From positions 1 to 62,031 of the forward strand of contig MCFE01000524.1 in the NCBI GenBank assembly GCA_002104905.1: a DNA stretch of 62,031 bases. Direction: 5' to 3'. Origin of the DNA: Basidiobolus meristosporus CBS 931.73 (lineage: Eukaryota; Fungi; Basidiobolomycota). The notes beneath the pieces were generated by a model. It searched no databases. It had not been told where the DNA came from and saw only the letters and a list, made by a program, of their open reading frames with translations. This document shows, piece after piece, positions 38,974 through 52,463 of this stretch. Each line of letters starts with the position of its first letter. The stretch's first letter is position 1. Both the position numbers and the translations under genes were made by a program.

Positions 38974-40875
38974 GAGATGTGGATATGGCTTCTCGCCCGT
39001 GATTGGTGCTAGGTTCTTGATTGATCGCAACGATCACTCACCAAATATTTGCTGTGCTTTCTCTCGACCGATGGTCAGGTAATGCTTGGTGATCTGGTGA
39101 TCTGACTGGATGATGAATCGATGGTGGTGGTGGTGGTGGTGGTGGTGAGATTTCTGGCTGGCTGGCTGACTTGCTAATTGATGGGCTGACTGCCAGGATG
39201 AACCGCAGAGGAATGTGGATCGTAAGAGTGGTGGTGGCGATGGTGGCGAAACAGCAATGGCGATGGCGATGGCGATGGCGATGGCGATGGTGATGGTGAT
39301 GGTGATGGTGATAAATGGCGCAAGAAGAAGGTCGCTCGACTGGCAACGCTGGTTTATGTCGAATCGCAGAATGGTTGTGCGCTTCAGAGTATGGCAAATG
39401 GGCGGACACACGCCTTGGTGTAGGATTTGGGCATTATTGGTGGTCATAGTCACCCGTTTTATAGAGCACTTGGCACGCACGGACTTCAGAAAAGGGGTCT
39501 GAATTGAAGACCAGATGCCAAAATCGCCTCAATCGAGTGGCATAAAATGTTGGCTGTGAATCGAGCGATTCAACACTGAAAATTCGATCTGGTCCCAACA
39601 ATGATAAGCGATGTGAAGCTGATGATTGTTCTTCCCTCCTTCCCTTCCTATTTAGGAAGGCATGCGTATCCGACTGAGTCTACGACCACCGAAATGGCGT
39701 AAATTAGGATGTCATGACTGGACAAAGAATCCCATAATATGTCAAAATGCTGACCGATGCTGTCAACAAGACCAAAGCTGGAAAGATTCTGGTCTGAATG
39801 AATCGACGGCTTTGGATTGGTGCATGAGCGAACAATATCCGACATTTAACATAGCCAATGTATCACCATAGTGGATATTTTTTCTGTGACTCCACAAAAT
39901 AGACCTAGATCATGCTTTTCGATGAGAGTCATCAGTATGAAAGCAAAATCAAATTCGACTAGGGAACGTAGCCAACATAGCGGTAAACCTTAAATGGCGA
40001 TTTTATACGAAGTTCCAGCGAAGCTGCATAATCTATTTTACTACGTCTTCTGAAACGGAGTTGCTTTGGGCAATACTCGCGTCTGTTACCATAGTAGTAG
40101 GGAGAACGGGGAAACATCAGCAAGCACACCAACTACCATCTATCTGCCGCCAAGGTCTGTCGCAAGACTGCCTTAAGGAAGCACAACCCTTCCTTGTGCA
40201 TATGAAGGTACTCAGTAATTATTCCTTCCAACACATTCATGGCTTTACACCGGATGAAGCATGCTCCCCTATCGATAATCAACCCTTTGTGAATTTTGGC
40301 ACTAATCCTGTGGGGCAGAAATCCGTTAAACTGGTCGATTTGTCTACGCAATAATCTAGATTTCAAGTATGGCCGGGAAAGATAGGCTGCCACATCCCTA
40401 GGATTCCAAATATCTGGTTGACTCTTTTCATCGAGGAATTGAATGATTCTTCAAAACTGATCACAGCACCCTAGTTTTGTTTACGGGGAATATGTCCGAT
40501 GCTTATATGGATGGGGCAGGCTGATAGGCTCCTTGTGGGTGATTCAATTGGAGCCCGGTTTCTACCACGACAAGGCAAGGGCCAGCATTGGTAGGGCCGC
40601 CGTGATTGCCAGCCAATAGGCGACATGGATCATTGATTTGATGAAAGTTTATGTTAAAAGAGTAATTTCATATTTCCGGACTCATGGTGAAGTGACATCA
40701 GGGTCCTGAGGGAACTGGAGAACCATTAAGTAAAATAATAATTGAATAAATGGCCATACATTAGGTTGATCATGACTTCTATGGTCTGGGTTTTGGTCCT
40801 CACATAAAATCGTATGTAGACTTCGGAGTGCAAAGTTAAATGCCATGATGAGTAAGAAATGTAAGTGCTTTTCTA

Positions 40876-43602
40876 CTAGTCACTTGCGTGGGGTGGTGCC
40901 GAGTTCAGAACATCCTCCAGGCTTTTATGTTTGCACAGCTCCGTCAAAACCTGTTCATCAACTGGTAACACCGATTTACGTCGACCATAGGTGGGAACGA
41001 TGGGCTTATCAGGATCTGGTTGTTCCTACAAATGTAATACGGTTTCGTGAGGAATCTGGTGGATGTGTATGGATTATGGTGCTTCACAACCAAATGGAAC
41101 TTACCAGCTCTTTGGTGAACAAATCCAAGTTCTCCAGATCAGAACTAACCATCTTGGCTGAGTCGTTCATGATGCCTCCCACAACAGGTAGGCCTATTGT
41201 TCATAATGTGGTTAAGAGCATCCATTTGTGAAGGCTAGTGACGAGGAAAGCTTACTTGAAACATTCGCTACGGATAATACTGGGTTCGAAAAGTTCTTTT
41301 GCTCTGATGCGCGTATCAAAGCGTTTCTTGCAGCGTCCGCCTCTAATCTTTTCCAAATAGCCTCCTTTTGCTTCTTCTTCTGGGGCTCACTAATGGCGTG
41401 ATAGTGTCAGGGTAGGAAAACACGAGATTGTTGGGGTATGCACTTACAGTTGAACTTTCTGCTTGTAGTGCAAGACACATTCATCAAACAGTCTTGGACT
41501 CATCTCCATGAATATCTTAAGAGCATTGTACACCAAGCCGTGGATGGTTCTAAGGTTGGTGTGAGGATGATTGAACCGATGGTATGGTGTATCTGAATAT
41601 TCAGTACCTGTTCCAGTGCATCTTGGAGTTCTGATATAGCGACGGAAACATAATGGGAAGTATGATACGTATGTTGTCGCCAATCAAATTCACAATGTAC
41701 TCATTGTTCCAGTAGCATAAGGCTCTTTCAGCCACCTACTCAGTGCACGTTTCGTTTAGTTTTGCCTACAAGGTGTGGGGCGGATAGATATGCGCTAACC
41801 TGGAAGTGCGGGCTGGAAACGCATCGAGCGATTTGATAGAACATGGGCACCTGCACTTTGACGAACTCTTGTGGCTCCATGATATCTAAAATTTCCTCAA
41901 GCTCGTTCAGGTACATCACTTCCTTTGGACTATTCACCTTCGGCCAGTAGCGGAGTAGGCCGTTGACCACCTGTGGTAAAAGGAGAAAGATCCATTAGGA
42001 ATGGGGGAAGAGTGCTTCTACTCAATATCCCGGCTTACCTCTTCAGTCAGCAAGGGATCTTTTTCTAAAAATTGGACTACACAGTAGGCGAGCTGGGGGT
42101 GATACAATCCTAGCGATTTCACTTTGTGCAGAGGGATCAGAACTCGACTCAAGAAGGCCTTGTGTTCTTCTTTTAACGGTAGAGCAAATCCATTAATGAT
42201 GCTAATGAATGCGCGAGGAGGGATTGCAACTTAGCATGATGAGCTGAGAACATGGAGTGACAAACGTCGCCGTGTTACCTTCCCAAAATTTCCAAAAGCT
42301 CTGCAATGCCGTTATGCCGCTCAGTTTCGTAGATAAATTGAAAAAATATGTTGTTGATGGAGCGACGGATAAATGCTCGGAGGTTAAGGAACTTCCCGTA
42401 GATGCGATGTAGCGTGGTTTTCAAGTAATCACGCTCTCTGGGGTCCTCACTATCGAAAAGTTCCAGTAGCTAGGTTAAGGCGAGAAAGGACATTAGTGGC
42501 AAATCCGGCTGGCGGGGTTGCGTCCATGGTGAACTGTGAGTCGCCATACCTGATGAATCAACTGGTGGTCAATATATTTCTTGGCAACATTGGTGTTGAA
42601 TTCCGGAGACTCGACAAATCTCAAGAATAGCTCGTAGACAATCTGCAGATGCGGCCATGCGAGCTCTAATATCGGCTCATCTTCTTCGGGGTCAAACGCG
42701 TCTCCAGTTGGGTTGATTCTAGGGGGAATAGTTCTGAAAAGATTCGTGGCAAACTACTCCAACATACACAAGTAAATGCGGTGTCAACCAATGCTAGAGC
42801 TGCCATTAAGCCTTACCACATTGATGATTGCGGGGTAGACAGGCTCCGTGATAACTCCCTTGTTTGTTGTGATGTATTCTACCAACTCGGCAAGCGTTTG
42901 TCGCTTGGTTTCCTTGGCTTGCAAGTCTGACATGGCATCAGAAAAATCAAAGATGAACGTGCATTGCTGTAGCTTCTTCAAAAAAAGCTCCTGTCTCTCA
43001 ATAGGGCTTGCAATGTCTGCATTTACGAATATCAATTATTTGTGCTTCAATCTGAACAAATAATATGTATTCACCTCTTAAGTTAGGTAGTCGTTCTAGT
43101 TCTTTGCGAATGGTTGGTCGAATCCGAGATGAACTCTGTCGCCGTGGAGCTTTGATTGTCGGTATGTTACTAGAGAGGCTCTTGATCCGATTAAACGGTC
43201 CACTCTTTGGGATTTCTTTGTTTTCCAAGTTCAACGGGTGATTTCCGTTAAGGTTATTTGGCGTATTTGAATTCACGGAAATCTATTCCAAGCCAGTAAA
43301 ACGTTAGGTTAGAAAGCTTGAGGGGTGGAGGACATACGACAAACCGTCGGAACCGAGCTCATGGTTTGGCTAGATAATCCACCAGTTGGCTGTTGAACAG
43401 GGATGTCACGTTGAGTGTTTGAAACGGTGTTGGGGTAAGCAGGTGCAGGCGCTTTGTTTGCGCTGCTATCTGTGTTTGTATTCTTGCTTTTAAACTAAAT
43501 TTGTGTTGGAATTAAGGAACTGTTGAATATAACCACAGCGTCACTTGGTTAGCAACATGCTATCTGCAAAAAGGATACTCTGTTTTTTAGTCCCTTCATC
43601 AT
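40876..43602 (-). CDS. RTS1: PP2A regulatory subunit B'/B56 (Rts1-like), multi-exon
   Basis: [19 protein letters not shown]...[83 protein letters not shown] and C-terminal RRKSVLP. First exon MMKGLKNR is inferred. Confidence 0.92.
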
Positions 43603-46600
43603 CGAAGGGAGCGTAGTCTGGTATGAAGAAAAAGGCTCTTTCAGAGGGAAAAGGAACACCTAGTCTTGCAATAAATGAAGTGAACGGCTAATTTGAAAGT
43701 AAATAATATGTCTCTAGAGCATGGATGATCGCTGGAGTACACGGTCCTTCAATACTCTTAAAGAAAGATAAGGAAATTTGGTTAGACGGGTGGTGCTCTA
43801 GATGGTTGGAACATTCGAAAATCAATCGCAATGCTTTGATATGCTTAATGTAAGTATGGGATGAAATGGCTATCTCAATGTGGATTGGGCTTTGAAATAT
43901 TGGGATGCTTGAATAAACGTATAAAATCCAGGAAATTGGGTTATAGATTATGCTATGATTGTTTTTGGGAAGTGTAGGGGGGAGAGAATTAAGGGGATAA
44001 ACGATAATGTGAGGGTTTCGGCACAACGATAAGGAGGCCATTAGCAATTGATACGTAATCTTAGCCCAAGTTCGGAATTGTGAATGCTATGGTTGATGGC
44101 CACGTTACATTCAGCCTTGTAGGGCTTTTGCTCTATCGCTTGACAATAAGGAAACGGGCTTGTAGCGGATGATTGAATCCTAGCGCACCGTCTGTTAGAT
44201 TCCGACGGGTGATACCCGAGTATGCGAGCAAAGTGCTTCACAATACACCGAGTGTATCATCAATTATTCCTCTCAGGGCCTTGAGTACCCGAATGTTTCT
44301 CATTCCCCATTTAGTCAGCATAAGCCTCTTGTTTCGAAGCAATCAATTCGCAACGGTGTACTTGGAAGTGCACCCATAGTAATTAAAAATCTGCAGCATC
44401 CCCTAGCGAAAAGAATATCAGACATTCTAGGGCCCATCCACCAATGTTACACACGATAATCTTTGTGTAAATATGCACTTGATCGCGGGACATTTTCCCA
44501 TCTGAGGTGATCCCTATTGGCCATCCAAGGAATATTTAAATATCCAGCAAGCAAGCACTGTAATATGAAATATCGAAAGATGAGCCGATGCATAATTCAC
44601 GAAGGTGCAAGAAGCAGTTGGCTGTTAGATCGCAGTAGGGTACGAGCACTATATAAGGATGGATGTTGAATGTATGATGATCTCATGTATCGGAAATCTC
44701 AATCCACTGTTGATGTATACCAATACGCTTTCAACTATGGTGATACATCAGCTTGGCACGGAAATTCAAGCATTCACAGTGAAGATCGCTGCAACCAAAT
44801 CATGCGACCACTTGGTCGTAGCATGGCCAATTGTTTTCCGCGCAATAATTTGCCAGATCCATATTTAGCTGTGGGAAATGTATCTAGTACTCGTGAATTG
44901 GGGGAATCTGTGAATAATATAATGTATTGAAAGGATGGTGGTTTCAGGCATCCCCATGTTTTGAGCACATCTCCTCAACACCCTCCACCACATAACCACA
45001 GTTGGCATTACATATCGCTTGCCGAAAGTGTAGGTGCCTTATAGCAGTACGAGAAGCAGATGATAAATTGGCTTACTGATTTATTTGTTGTCGCCTTCAG
45101 CTCCCCAAGCAACCACGTAGCTAAGATTGCTCCAGAAGTATCATTTGTTGTCGCTCACTACAAAGAAGTTGTAATGCTCATGCATATATCTTCAATGTGT
45201 TAGATTATTTGGTTCATTTCAGCGCACTTCTAAACATTCCTAGTCACGTGTAGATACTTGAAATAGCCACACCCGGCTCAGTCATAAATTTTTGAACACC
45301 CTTGGATCAACGTCTACCTTGAGGGGAGCTCAACTAGGGCCGTTATTTAGTCAACTACGAAAACCTCGATGCAGAACTTCAGTAACCAGAAGGTGGTGCG
45401 ATTTTGGAGCGCGTGGATGTGACCAAGGGGCCCTTCATCCGGTCCAACCAAAGTTAAAATAGCATAAAGCTATATAAATAGCTATAAACCGTGAAATGAA
45501 ATTCAAGTACTCAACCATACTGGGCCTCAACATATTTGTATTTCATTTTCAACTCATCTTTTTGACTCCCATATAGCTGATTGCCAAACACTTGGTGAGA
45601 ATATTTATAGTGATGAGCTACTAACCCAACCATCAACGGAGTACCTTGTTGCAGCTAGAGATACAAAGTCATTATCAAAGATCTATTTGATTGCATCCTA
45701 TGGCAAACATCTAGCACAGGTATTCAATGGTTAAGGTGCATTCAGTGCAGCCAATATGCTCTGTAATTACCATCCTGAAAGTAGCAGAAATTCTGAACCA
45801 GCATTTCCATGCAAGGTTGTCAAGTACATATAATTCTTCATACTTCATTGCTGGAGAGCCTCTGTAGGGTGAAGCCTGAAAATGCTGTATATTTAGATAT
45901 CAAGCTAGTTATTTGTAAAATTCGCCTTCGGTCAGTACTTCGAAGTTTGTTTCATTAGATATTTTGGATGGTCCTTCACTTCGTGGAAGTGAGGTAAGTG
46001 AAGCTGCCTAAATACCCTAAATCTTAGAAACATCTGTTTATCATTATCTACAACAAATTACTATCTGTCATTTTGCAACATACTACCAGAAGTAGGCCAA
46101 GTTTTGTTGTACCCTAAATTTGGCTGAGTAATCGTGTTTATATTGTTAAAGACAATTGAAAGATATGTGCCCAATTTGAGCGTTTCTTAGGCGGCCTTGA
46201 AATTTCTTTTTATTTTCAATGCTCCCAGAACTCTGAAGGAGCGTAAGAACAACGGATTTGAAGTCCAAGCTCAGTTTCAGGATGTTAACAAAATGTAGAA
46301 TCACGCTGGATCAGCGCTTGATATATTTTTTACAATAAACTACTCCTTCCGGCTTCACTATCTCTAAGAGTAGTCAAAACAATTGGTCTCAATCAATGTT
46401 AATCGAGAATTATCCAGAGTATCTTGCTTCAAGTATTCCTTAATCCATCTGATAGCTTTTCCTCACTGTCATGATCAAGACTTCTCGATCCAATATTGCA
46501 AGTCTTATGGAATTTGTGTATACATATGCCACGCTTTAGGTCATCCCCCGATACGCTTGGGATAACCATTAATCGGCAGGCTACCAGATTCTGATTTACT

Positions 46601-48266
46601 GCATATCAAATCTAGCTGACTTGGGTGCAATTCAGTTTTGACGTTGATATAGAACCTAACATGTGACGACTCATAATTGTATGGCTTGTCTCCTGACAGC
46701 CAGTTATTTGTTGAACATCAAGTCCGTATGGGATCTTGGCTCCTGCTAGCACCACAATTATTGAACCTTAACACGCTATACAGACCAACATGACAAAGTT
46801 TTTGCTTTCATAAAAGAGCGCCTGTTGCATCATGCTCGAATCCTATCCGAGACGCCTGTATAAAATGTTCAAGAACGTCAGCAGGATAAATAGTTCACCT
46901 TGATCAAGATAAGCCTCGTGGATGAATTATTTTTATATTCACTATTTGAAAATAGGGATAAATCATAGAGACGATGTGTTGTTCACTATTATCGGTATAC
47001 CCACGAGTGTACTAATGCCCACATTGTCGTCATTGTGTAGATGCACCATATGCGTACCATGCGGGATCCAATGCACGCAAGTTGGGAAGACACTTATAGA
47101 GTGAGGCTTTATTTTCACTCGGCTCCACTGGGCAGAGGCACATGAGATTACATACGTAGGATTGAGAGAGTAGTATGGTTTGTATATCAGCTTGTAGTAA
47201 CTACCATTCCGAACACTGTAATATGGACATATATGGTAAGCAAATGCATCATATCAACAAGAGATAGCCGGACTTCCTTTGAATCCATCAACCTCTCATA
47301 CATACCTTTGAAGGTGGGGTTTGTCGCAAATTTGGAGTCTAAAAACACTTGCCACTTCGAGATTAAGGTTGAATTCTGAAATCCAAGGCCAGAAATTAGT
47401 CGGAGTTCGACATGTTCCAACACTGATTTATGGACGTTGGTCTATCCTTCCAAAACAATACAAATAAAGTCTACTTCAACAACCCACGTCATCACCATAC
47501 CATCTTTAAAAAGACAACCTTAGCTCACAGGTGTCTTACGATACTTGTTGGGGACTCATCGTTCAAAAATGAACCGATGAGCATCTAAGTTATTGGGCAT
47601 AGGAGTGGTACACAGCTATGTTCAATGGGTAAGTGACGAGATCAGATACCCCATAACTCAAAAATACGGCATATTATGATCATTGCATTATCTCAGTATT
47701 TGACCACCATATCATCTTGATCATAGCAAAAAAGTGCATAGATATTCATAGTTAGGCTGTGCAAACAACCCTCCATAAGAAGGACAAAACCATCGGTGAT
47801 AATGTGTGAAGCATATACTGTCGAGCTGTTACCCATAACAAGGGAGCGTTTACCATTCAATGTTCTTAATGTCCATTTGTATTCTATTCGATTGAACTGA
47901 CTATATGGAGGCTAGCATCAGATGAGCATTTGGCATTCCTTCATTAGGCAAACCAAGTCTTGCCTCTTGTGTTACCATGCATGGAATTCCTTGTACACCT
48001 TTTTATCTATTAAAAAGGTATCTGATGATCTGATAAGGGTGAGGCGAATAGGATAAAGCATTCTAGAATTCATTCAATTCTGTGCAAGTTTTATTGTGGT
48101 CAAGGATATTGACGAGCTTTAGATGGCTTTAAGGGGTTATCCAAGTTATTTTCGTTGACAAAAATACCATTACAAAAGGATCAGCTTGATTTCCAAGCAA
48201 AATGGTGTTAAATATTTTTCGTTATATATGACATGCTTGTACCTATCGTTTACACGATAGTTACAT

Positions 48267-49283
48267 TTAGATGCGGGGCTTTTCATCACGAATTTGAGTG
48301 ACATTTTCGCTGGATTTGTAGACTGGAAGTACATCTTCATTAGCATGAGGAAGAGTAGCGGCCTTATTCTTCTTACTACGGCGAACGAAAAAGAATGCTG
48401 CAGCACCCAATAAAGCTAGCCCAGCCAAGGATCCGACTACAGTTCCAGCAATCTCACCACCACTCATGCCGGGAGATTTACTTGAGGATGTCACTGACCC
48501 ATGCGCAGTTGTAGAAAAGCAGTTCAATGAAGAGGCTTGAACATTCAGAGCCTTGCATTGAGCGTCATTACCATCTTTGCAGGCTTTCTGCTCGGCAGTG
48601 CACTGATTCAGGAAGCAATAGCCAGCATGGTATGTTTCCCAAGAAGCACATTCACTAGCGGTACTGGCTTGCGCATTGATGGTTTGAGGGATATCGCAGA
48701 AATAAGTGTAAGTGTTGTTCAGGCGAGCAACAAATGGCTTGGAGTTTTCATTACCACACCCGGATTGTGCTGAGACATCAGGAATGCAGTACTTGTTGTA
48801 GTGGCAGCTGTAGCCTATAAGTGGGCAGGCAGTGCCGGTCTTACAATAGAAGCTAGCCATAGATGTGGCCGAGACTCCAGAGCTACTGGTACTGTGAGGG
48901 TTGCTAATAAAGCAGTTAAGGTCGTCTGCGGCCATAACACCTGCAGCTTGGCACTTTTGCTTCTCTCCTTGACGACAAGCAGTCTCGACAGTATTACATT
49001 CCTTCAGAAGGCATGCTCCATAATGGAAAGTTTCCCATGGAGCACATTGGGATGCCTCAGTTGCTTGAGCAGTCAAATCGTTTGGAATATCGCAGAAGTA
49101 GGTGTAGGTGTTGCTAATTCTGGCGACAAAAGGCTTGGCGTTTTCCTTAGTACAGCTTGAGGAAGCAGAGGCATCAGGCATACAATACTTATTGTAGTGA
49201 CACTTGTAACCTTGGATAGGGCAAGCGGTGCTTTCAGAGCAGAAATAGTTAGCCATCGAGGTGCTGACAGTAGTGTTGGACAT
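48267..49283 (-). CDS. Single-pass membrane protein with two tandem ~128-aa 12-Cys domains
   Basis: 338-aa single-exon ORF with two aligned repeats (CHYNKYC, KPFVAR..NTYTYFCDIP, WETxH), a C-terminal TM helix (GGEIAGTVVGSLAGLALLGAAAFFFV-RRSKK) and a TATATAA box ~65 bp upstream. Confidence 0.85.
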   Translation of the reverse strand: MSNTTVSTSMANYFCSESTACPIQGYKCHYNKYCMPDASASSSCTKENAKPFVARISNTYTYFCDIPNDLTAQATEASQCAPWETFHYGACLLKECNTVETACRQGEKQKCQAAGVMAADDLNCFISNPHSTSSSGVSATSMASFYCKTGTACPLIGYSCHYNKYCIPDVSAQSGCGNENSKPFVARLNNTYTYFCDIPQTINAQASTASECASWETYHAGYCFLNQCTAEQKACKDGNDAQCKALNVQASSLNCFSTTAHGSVTSSSKSPGMSGGEIAGTVVGSLAGLALLGAAAFFFVRRSKKNKAATLPHANEDVLPVYKSSENVTQIRDEKPRI

Positions 49284-50284
49284 CCTGAATAAGCTGCTGA
49301 AGATTTGGTTTGAACGCTTTCGCTTGACTGCTCAGTAGTCATACTGCCCCTTATATATCTGTTGCTTGCAGCGTCGATGTCCTTGTTTATACCGTATATA
49401 GACAAGTCGGGTCAGGAATTATTCATCAGGTCGTAACACTATTCACTCAATAATAGCGCTATTATCTTTGCTAAAGACTCATTCCTTTTCCTCAAAAGTT
49501 GCGCTTTTGCAAAAATTTCCCTCAACACCTTGTGCATGTATTCATATGAGAGTTTAAAATAAATATGCTTATCTGATTGAAGATTCTGATGTTGCCATCT
49601 ACGATCCCTATCCCAATGGGGCAAGTGAGAGCAACAATCAGATTATGCTAGGGCTGAGTTGCATCTAGTTGGCGTACCTGCTGCCTAGTTTGATATTCCA
49701 TGGAAACAAGGGTTGTGCTACATATACTCCAAATGGATGGACAAAATGTTTTTGGGCGATTCTAATTCAGTATGAAGCATCCATTCTTTACCATGATTCC
49801 ATCAGATAAAGGGTAGCTGTAGATGCGAAAGCGGTAACACAGAAGCACCGTTCTACAGGTGTACATGCCGTTAGTACTGAATGGAGTAATTGCCAATGTG
49901 CTTGTTTTGGCAAAGATATTCTACCATGCGATTGCCGATCTGGAAAAGCTAAACTGCAGATGACGATGAATCAAATCACCCGTAGATCAGATAATTTCTC
50001 ATGCCACAGCATGTCCACAGAATCCGCACTCTAATGCCACGATGCTTTCTTGCATCGAAATCAAGGACTATCGGCAAGTTTGAAAGGAAAATGTAGAACA
50101 GCGCTCTTGGTGCATTCATATCTGAACACCATTGGTGCCAACGACTGTGTCACAACCACTCATAACATTGTTTTGCTTCTCTAAAAGACGAAGTTTTATT
50201 TGTTTGCAATTGAAATGTGTTGGCATCAAAATTTAGGTCGTGGAATATTTAACGATCAGTATTTTAAGGGTGGGGGACTTTCGG

Positions 50285-50905
50285 CTATTGTTGAATGACC
50301 ATTTCGCGGACTCTCTCCCACATAGGCTTTTGGTGCATGGCTGGGGTTTGTCCACTTAGATCGACCAAATGATAAATTTCGGCATCGATGGGGCCAATGT
50401 AATGGAATCCACCAAAGCCGCCAATCCAAAAGATACGATCTACCTCCATGCGATAAAACTCGAAATCAGGGTAGTTGATCCACCACTTGGCTTCAGGATG
50501 CTTTCTCAAGTAGCACTCCTTAAGCTCCAACTCGTTAACGGTGTCGGTGGAGAGCTTTTGGATTTCTCCCATTAGGGTGAATCTAGCATGGGGCATAGGG
50601 GACTGGCGCTGATCGGGGAGCTTCTTTTGAATGGCGAAGGCTGCTCGAGGGGATGCCTGCAGGTTTTGAACACTGACTTGTAAGGTTGACATCAGGAAAA
50701 TGGGGTTTCCGCTACGCCCGCAGTCATCGCTGAAGTAGTCCATAGTTCCAAATGGCTGACCATCAGGGTAGTTGGTGATTAAAGTTCCCACTCCGTAGTT
50801 ACGCACCATTTCGCGAGCTAACACTGCCGCCTCTTGTTGGGTCTTCTCAGCGTGAGAAACTAGAGCACTGAGTAAAAAGGTGAATCCGATTCCGAAAAGT
50901 CTCAT
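50285..50905 (-). CDS. CREG-like secreted FMN-binding split-barrel protein
   Basis: Signal peptide, then AREMVRNYGVGTL, GQPFGTMDYF, GNPIFLMSTLQ, ARFTLMG, YLRKHPEAKWW and WIGGFGG; single exon, 206 aa. Confidence 0.85.
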   Translation of the reverse strand: MRLFGIGFTFLLSALVSHAEKTQQEAAVLAREMVRNYGVGTLITNYPDGQPFGTMDYFSDDCGRSGNPIFLMSTLQVSVQNLQASPRAAFAIQKKLPDQRQSPMPHARFTLMGEIQKLSTDTVNELELKECYLRKHPEAKWWINYPDFEFYRMEVDRIFWIGGFGGFHYIGPIDAEIYHLVDLSGQTPAMHQKPMWERVREMVIQQ

Positions 50906-52115
50906 GGTTATAATGAAGACAGGAGCGAGGCGCGATGATTTATAGAGAATCCGACAGAAACCGTCGGCAGTATTTGATTTAGATAGGTTTATGCGAAGTC
51001 TTTGTTTGTGGCCAGGCCAGATACGTCATTGAGGAATCGGATGCTCATCTGATTAGATATAACCTCAGGGTGTCACCTTTCCATTGTTTTAAGAACGCCG
51101 TTTAAGTCAGCATGCTGAGGGGGAGGTCGAATTAGGTTATTAGGATTTTATACCGGTGGTCGCACAAATGCGTACCACCTGTCTTAGTGGCAACTCTATC
51201 AAGTGATTTTATGTGATTCTTCAAATCAGATAATTCCAGGCCTATTGTGCTTTTAACACTCCTGATTAATCGGGATTTCAATGTGTGCTGAGTATGGAAT
51301 ACACGGTATTGTGGTGATTGGAAGGCTTTGTGGGCATCTAGTATTCAAAAGGAAACTTGCATCCCCTAAACATTTATTAATAAGCCAACTACCATACTGA
51401 AACCTCAGGAATCAGCATTTGCTCTATATAGCGCTAGAAAAGTTGTTTTGTGCTAGGAGCCCTGCACATATACGTTGAGTAACTATTAAGTGCTGGTTAA
51501 GAAGAGGCTCTGCCCTATTGCAAATCGGTGTTTCGCGACGAAGGAGGCTCAACTTCCTAGACTTCGGACTAATTTGGCTGCCGGAAAGGTATAATAGAAG
51601 CTTCTGATAAAACGCTCTACAAGCCATCTGATCCTTGTATGGATCATTTCTATTGATCTCGCTTAGGTGGTGGCCTGGCAGTACTGTTGCCAGGCGTCGG
51701 TATTCTCTGAAATTTAGATTGTGACATCAAGAAGCCGAGGCAAACCTTTTCCACTTGATTACCTCCCACAGAGATGCAGTTGAACCAGAGTGGCAATACT
51801 GTCTAAAGAAGCAGACTACTGGGTAAGGATAAAGAAGGCAGCACAGTGCTCAAATCAGGGCGGCAATATCACCCATAATGCATTGGCTATATGTGTTGTA
51901 AAAATTTGGCGCTCAATCTGTCAGCAGCAGGCCCATATGAAAATACAATATGCTGATGCCTATCAAGATTGTGCATGGTGGCTTCCAGGCGCAAATATAG
52001 ATATCACTATTATTGAATTCCATAGTCTGCTGCAGATGAACCTTCTGCTTTTTGCCCTATCAGATATTTGAACTAAAAAGTGTTTGATGTATTCCAAATT
52101 TCCAATGGGAATAAG

Positions 52116-52463
52116 TGTTGCAAGAGTCTTGGAGATATTGGAAGTGATTGGGAGAACAAGTAGATTATGTGGTTTTTGCTTAATGATTTATTGAATGTAA
52201 AAGTAGTATTTATACTTTTACATGATCGTGGCATAGTGAGACATGTAAAATAGGTTCAGGAAGGTCCCAAGTATATGTGTGCAAAGTTTGGGGCTGCTTG
52301 GACAACTTAGCTAGCTCTCATGTTCTGAGTACCTGATATCTGGTCAAAATATTCCAAGTAAATCCTGACAAGGAATTTGGCCAGTATTCTCTAGGTTTGT
52401 AGGTAATGATCTTAGTGACTAAGCAAGGTGAATGTTTAGGCAGAAATACACATTTTTACAACA
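52116..52463 (-). repeat. Copia 3' LTR
   Basis: TGTTG...CAACA; homologous to 13257-13605. Confidence 0.88.

Larger units (their letters stand above)
36437..39660. repeat. Inverted duplication (palindrome): arms ~36437-37893 and ~38171-39660, ~280-bp spacer
   Basis: The arms are reverse complements from CCTTCCTAAATAGG to the stop codon, differing mainly in microsatellite length. Confidence 0.95.

Noticed and set aside
40101-40205. Frame reading GER...CRKTALRKH resembling the last zinc finger
   Set aside because: No Cys pair or second His and a stop immediately upstream; probably chance.
28537-43602. MOB4 and a PP2A regulatory subunit close together as a possible STRIPAK cluster
   Set aside because: STRIPAK uses striatin (B'''), not B56, and unrelated genes lie between them.
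45503-45733. TATA box plus signal-peptide-like MKFKYSTILGLNIF and a possible intron
   Set aside because: Splicing gives only short peptides and there is no family motif.
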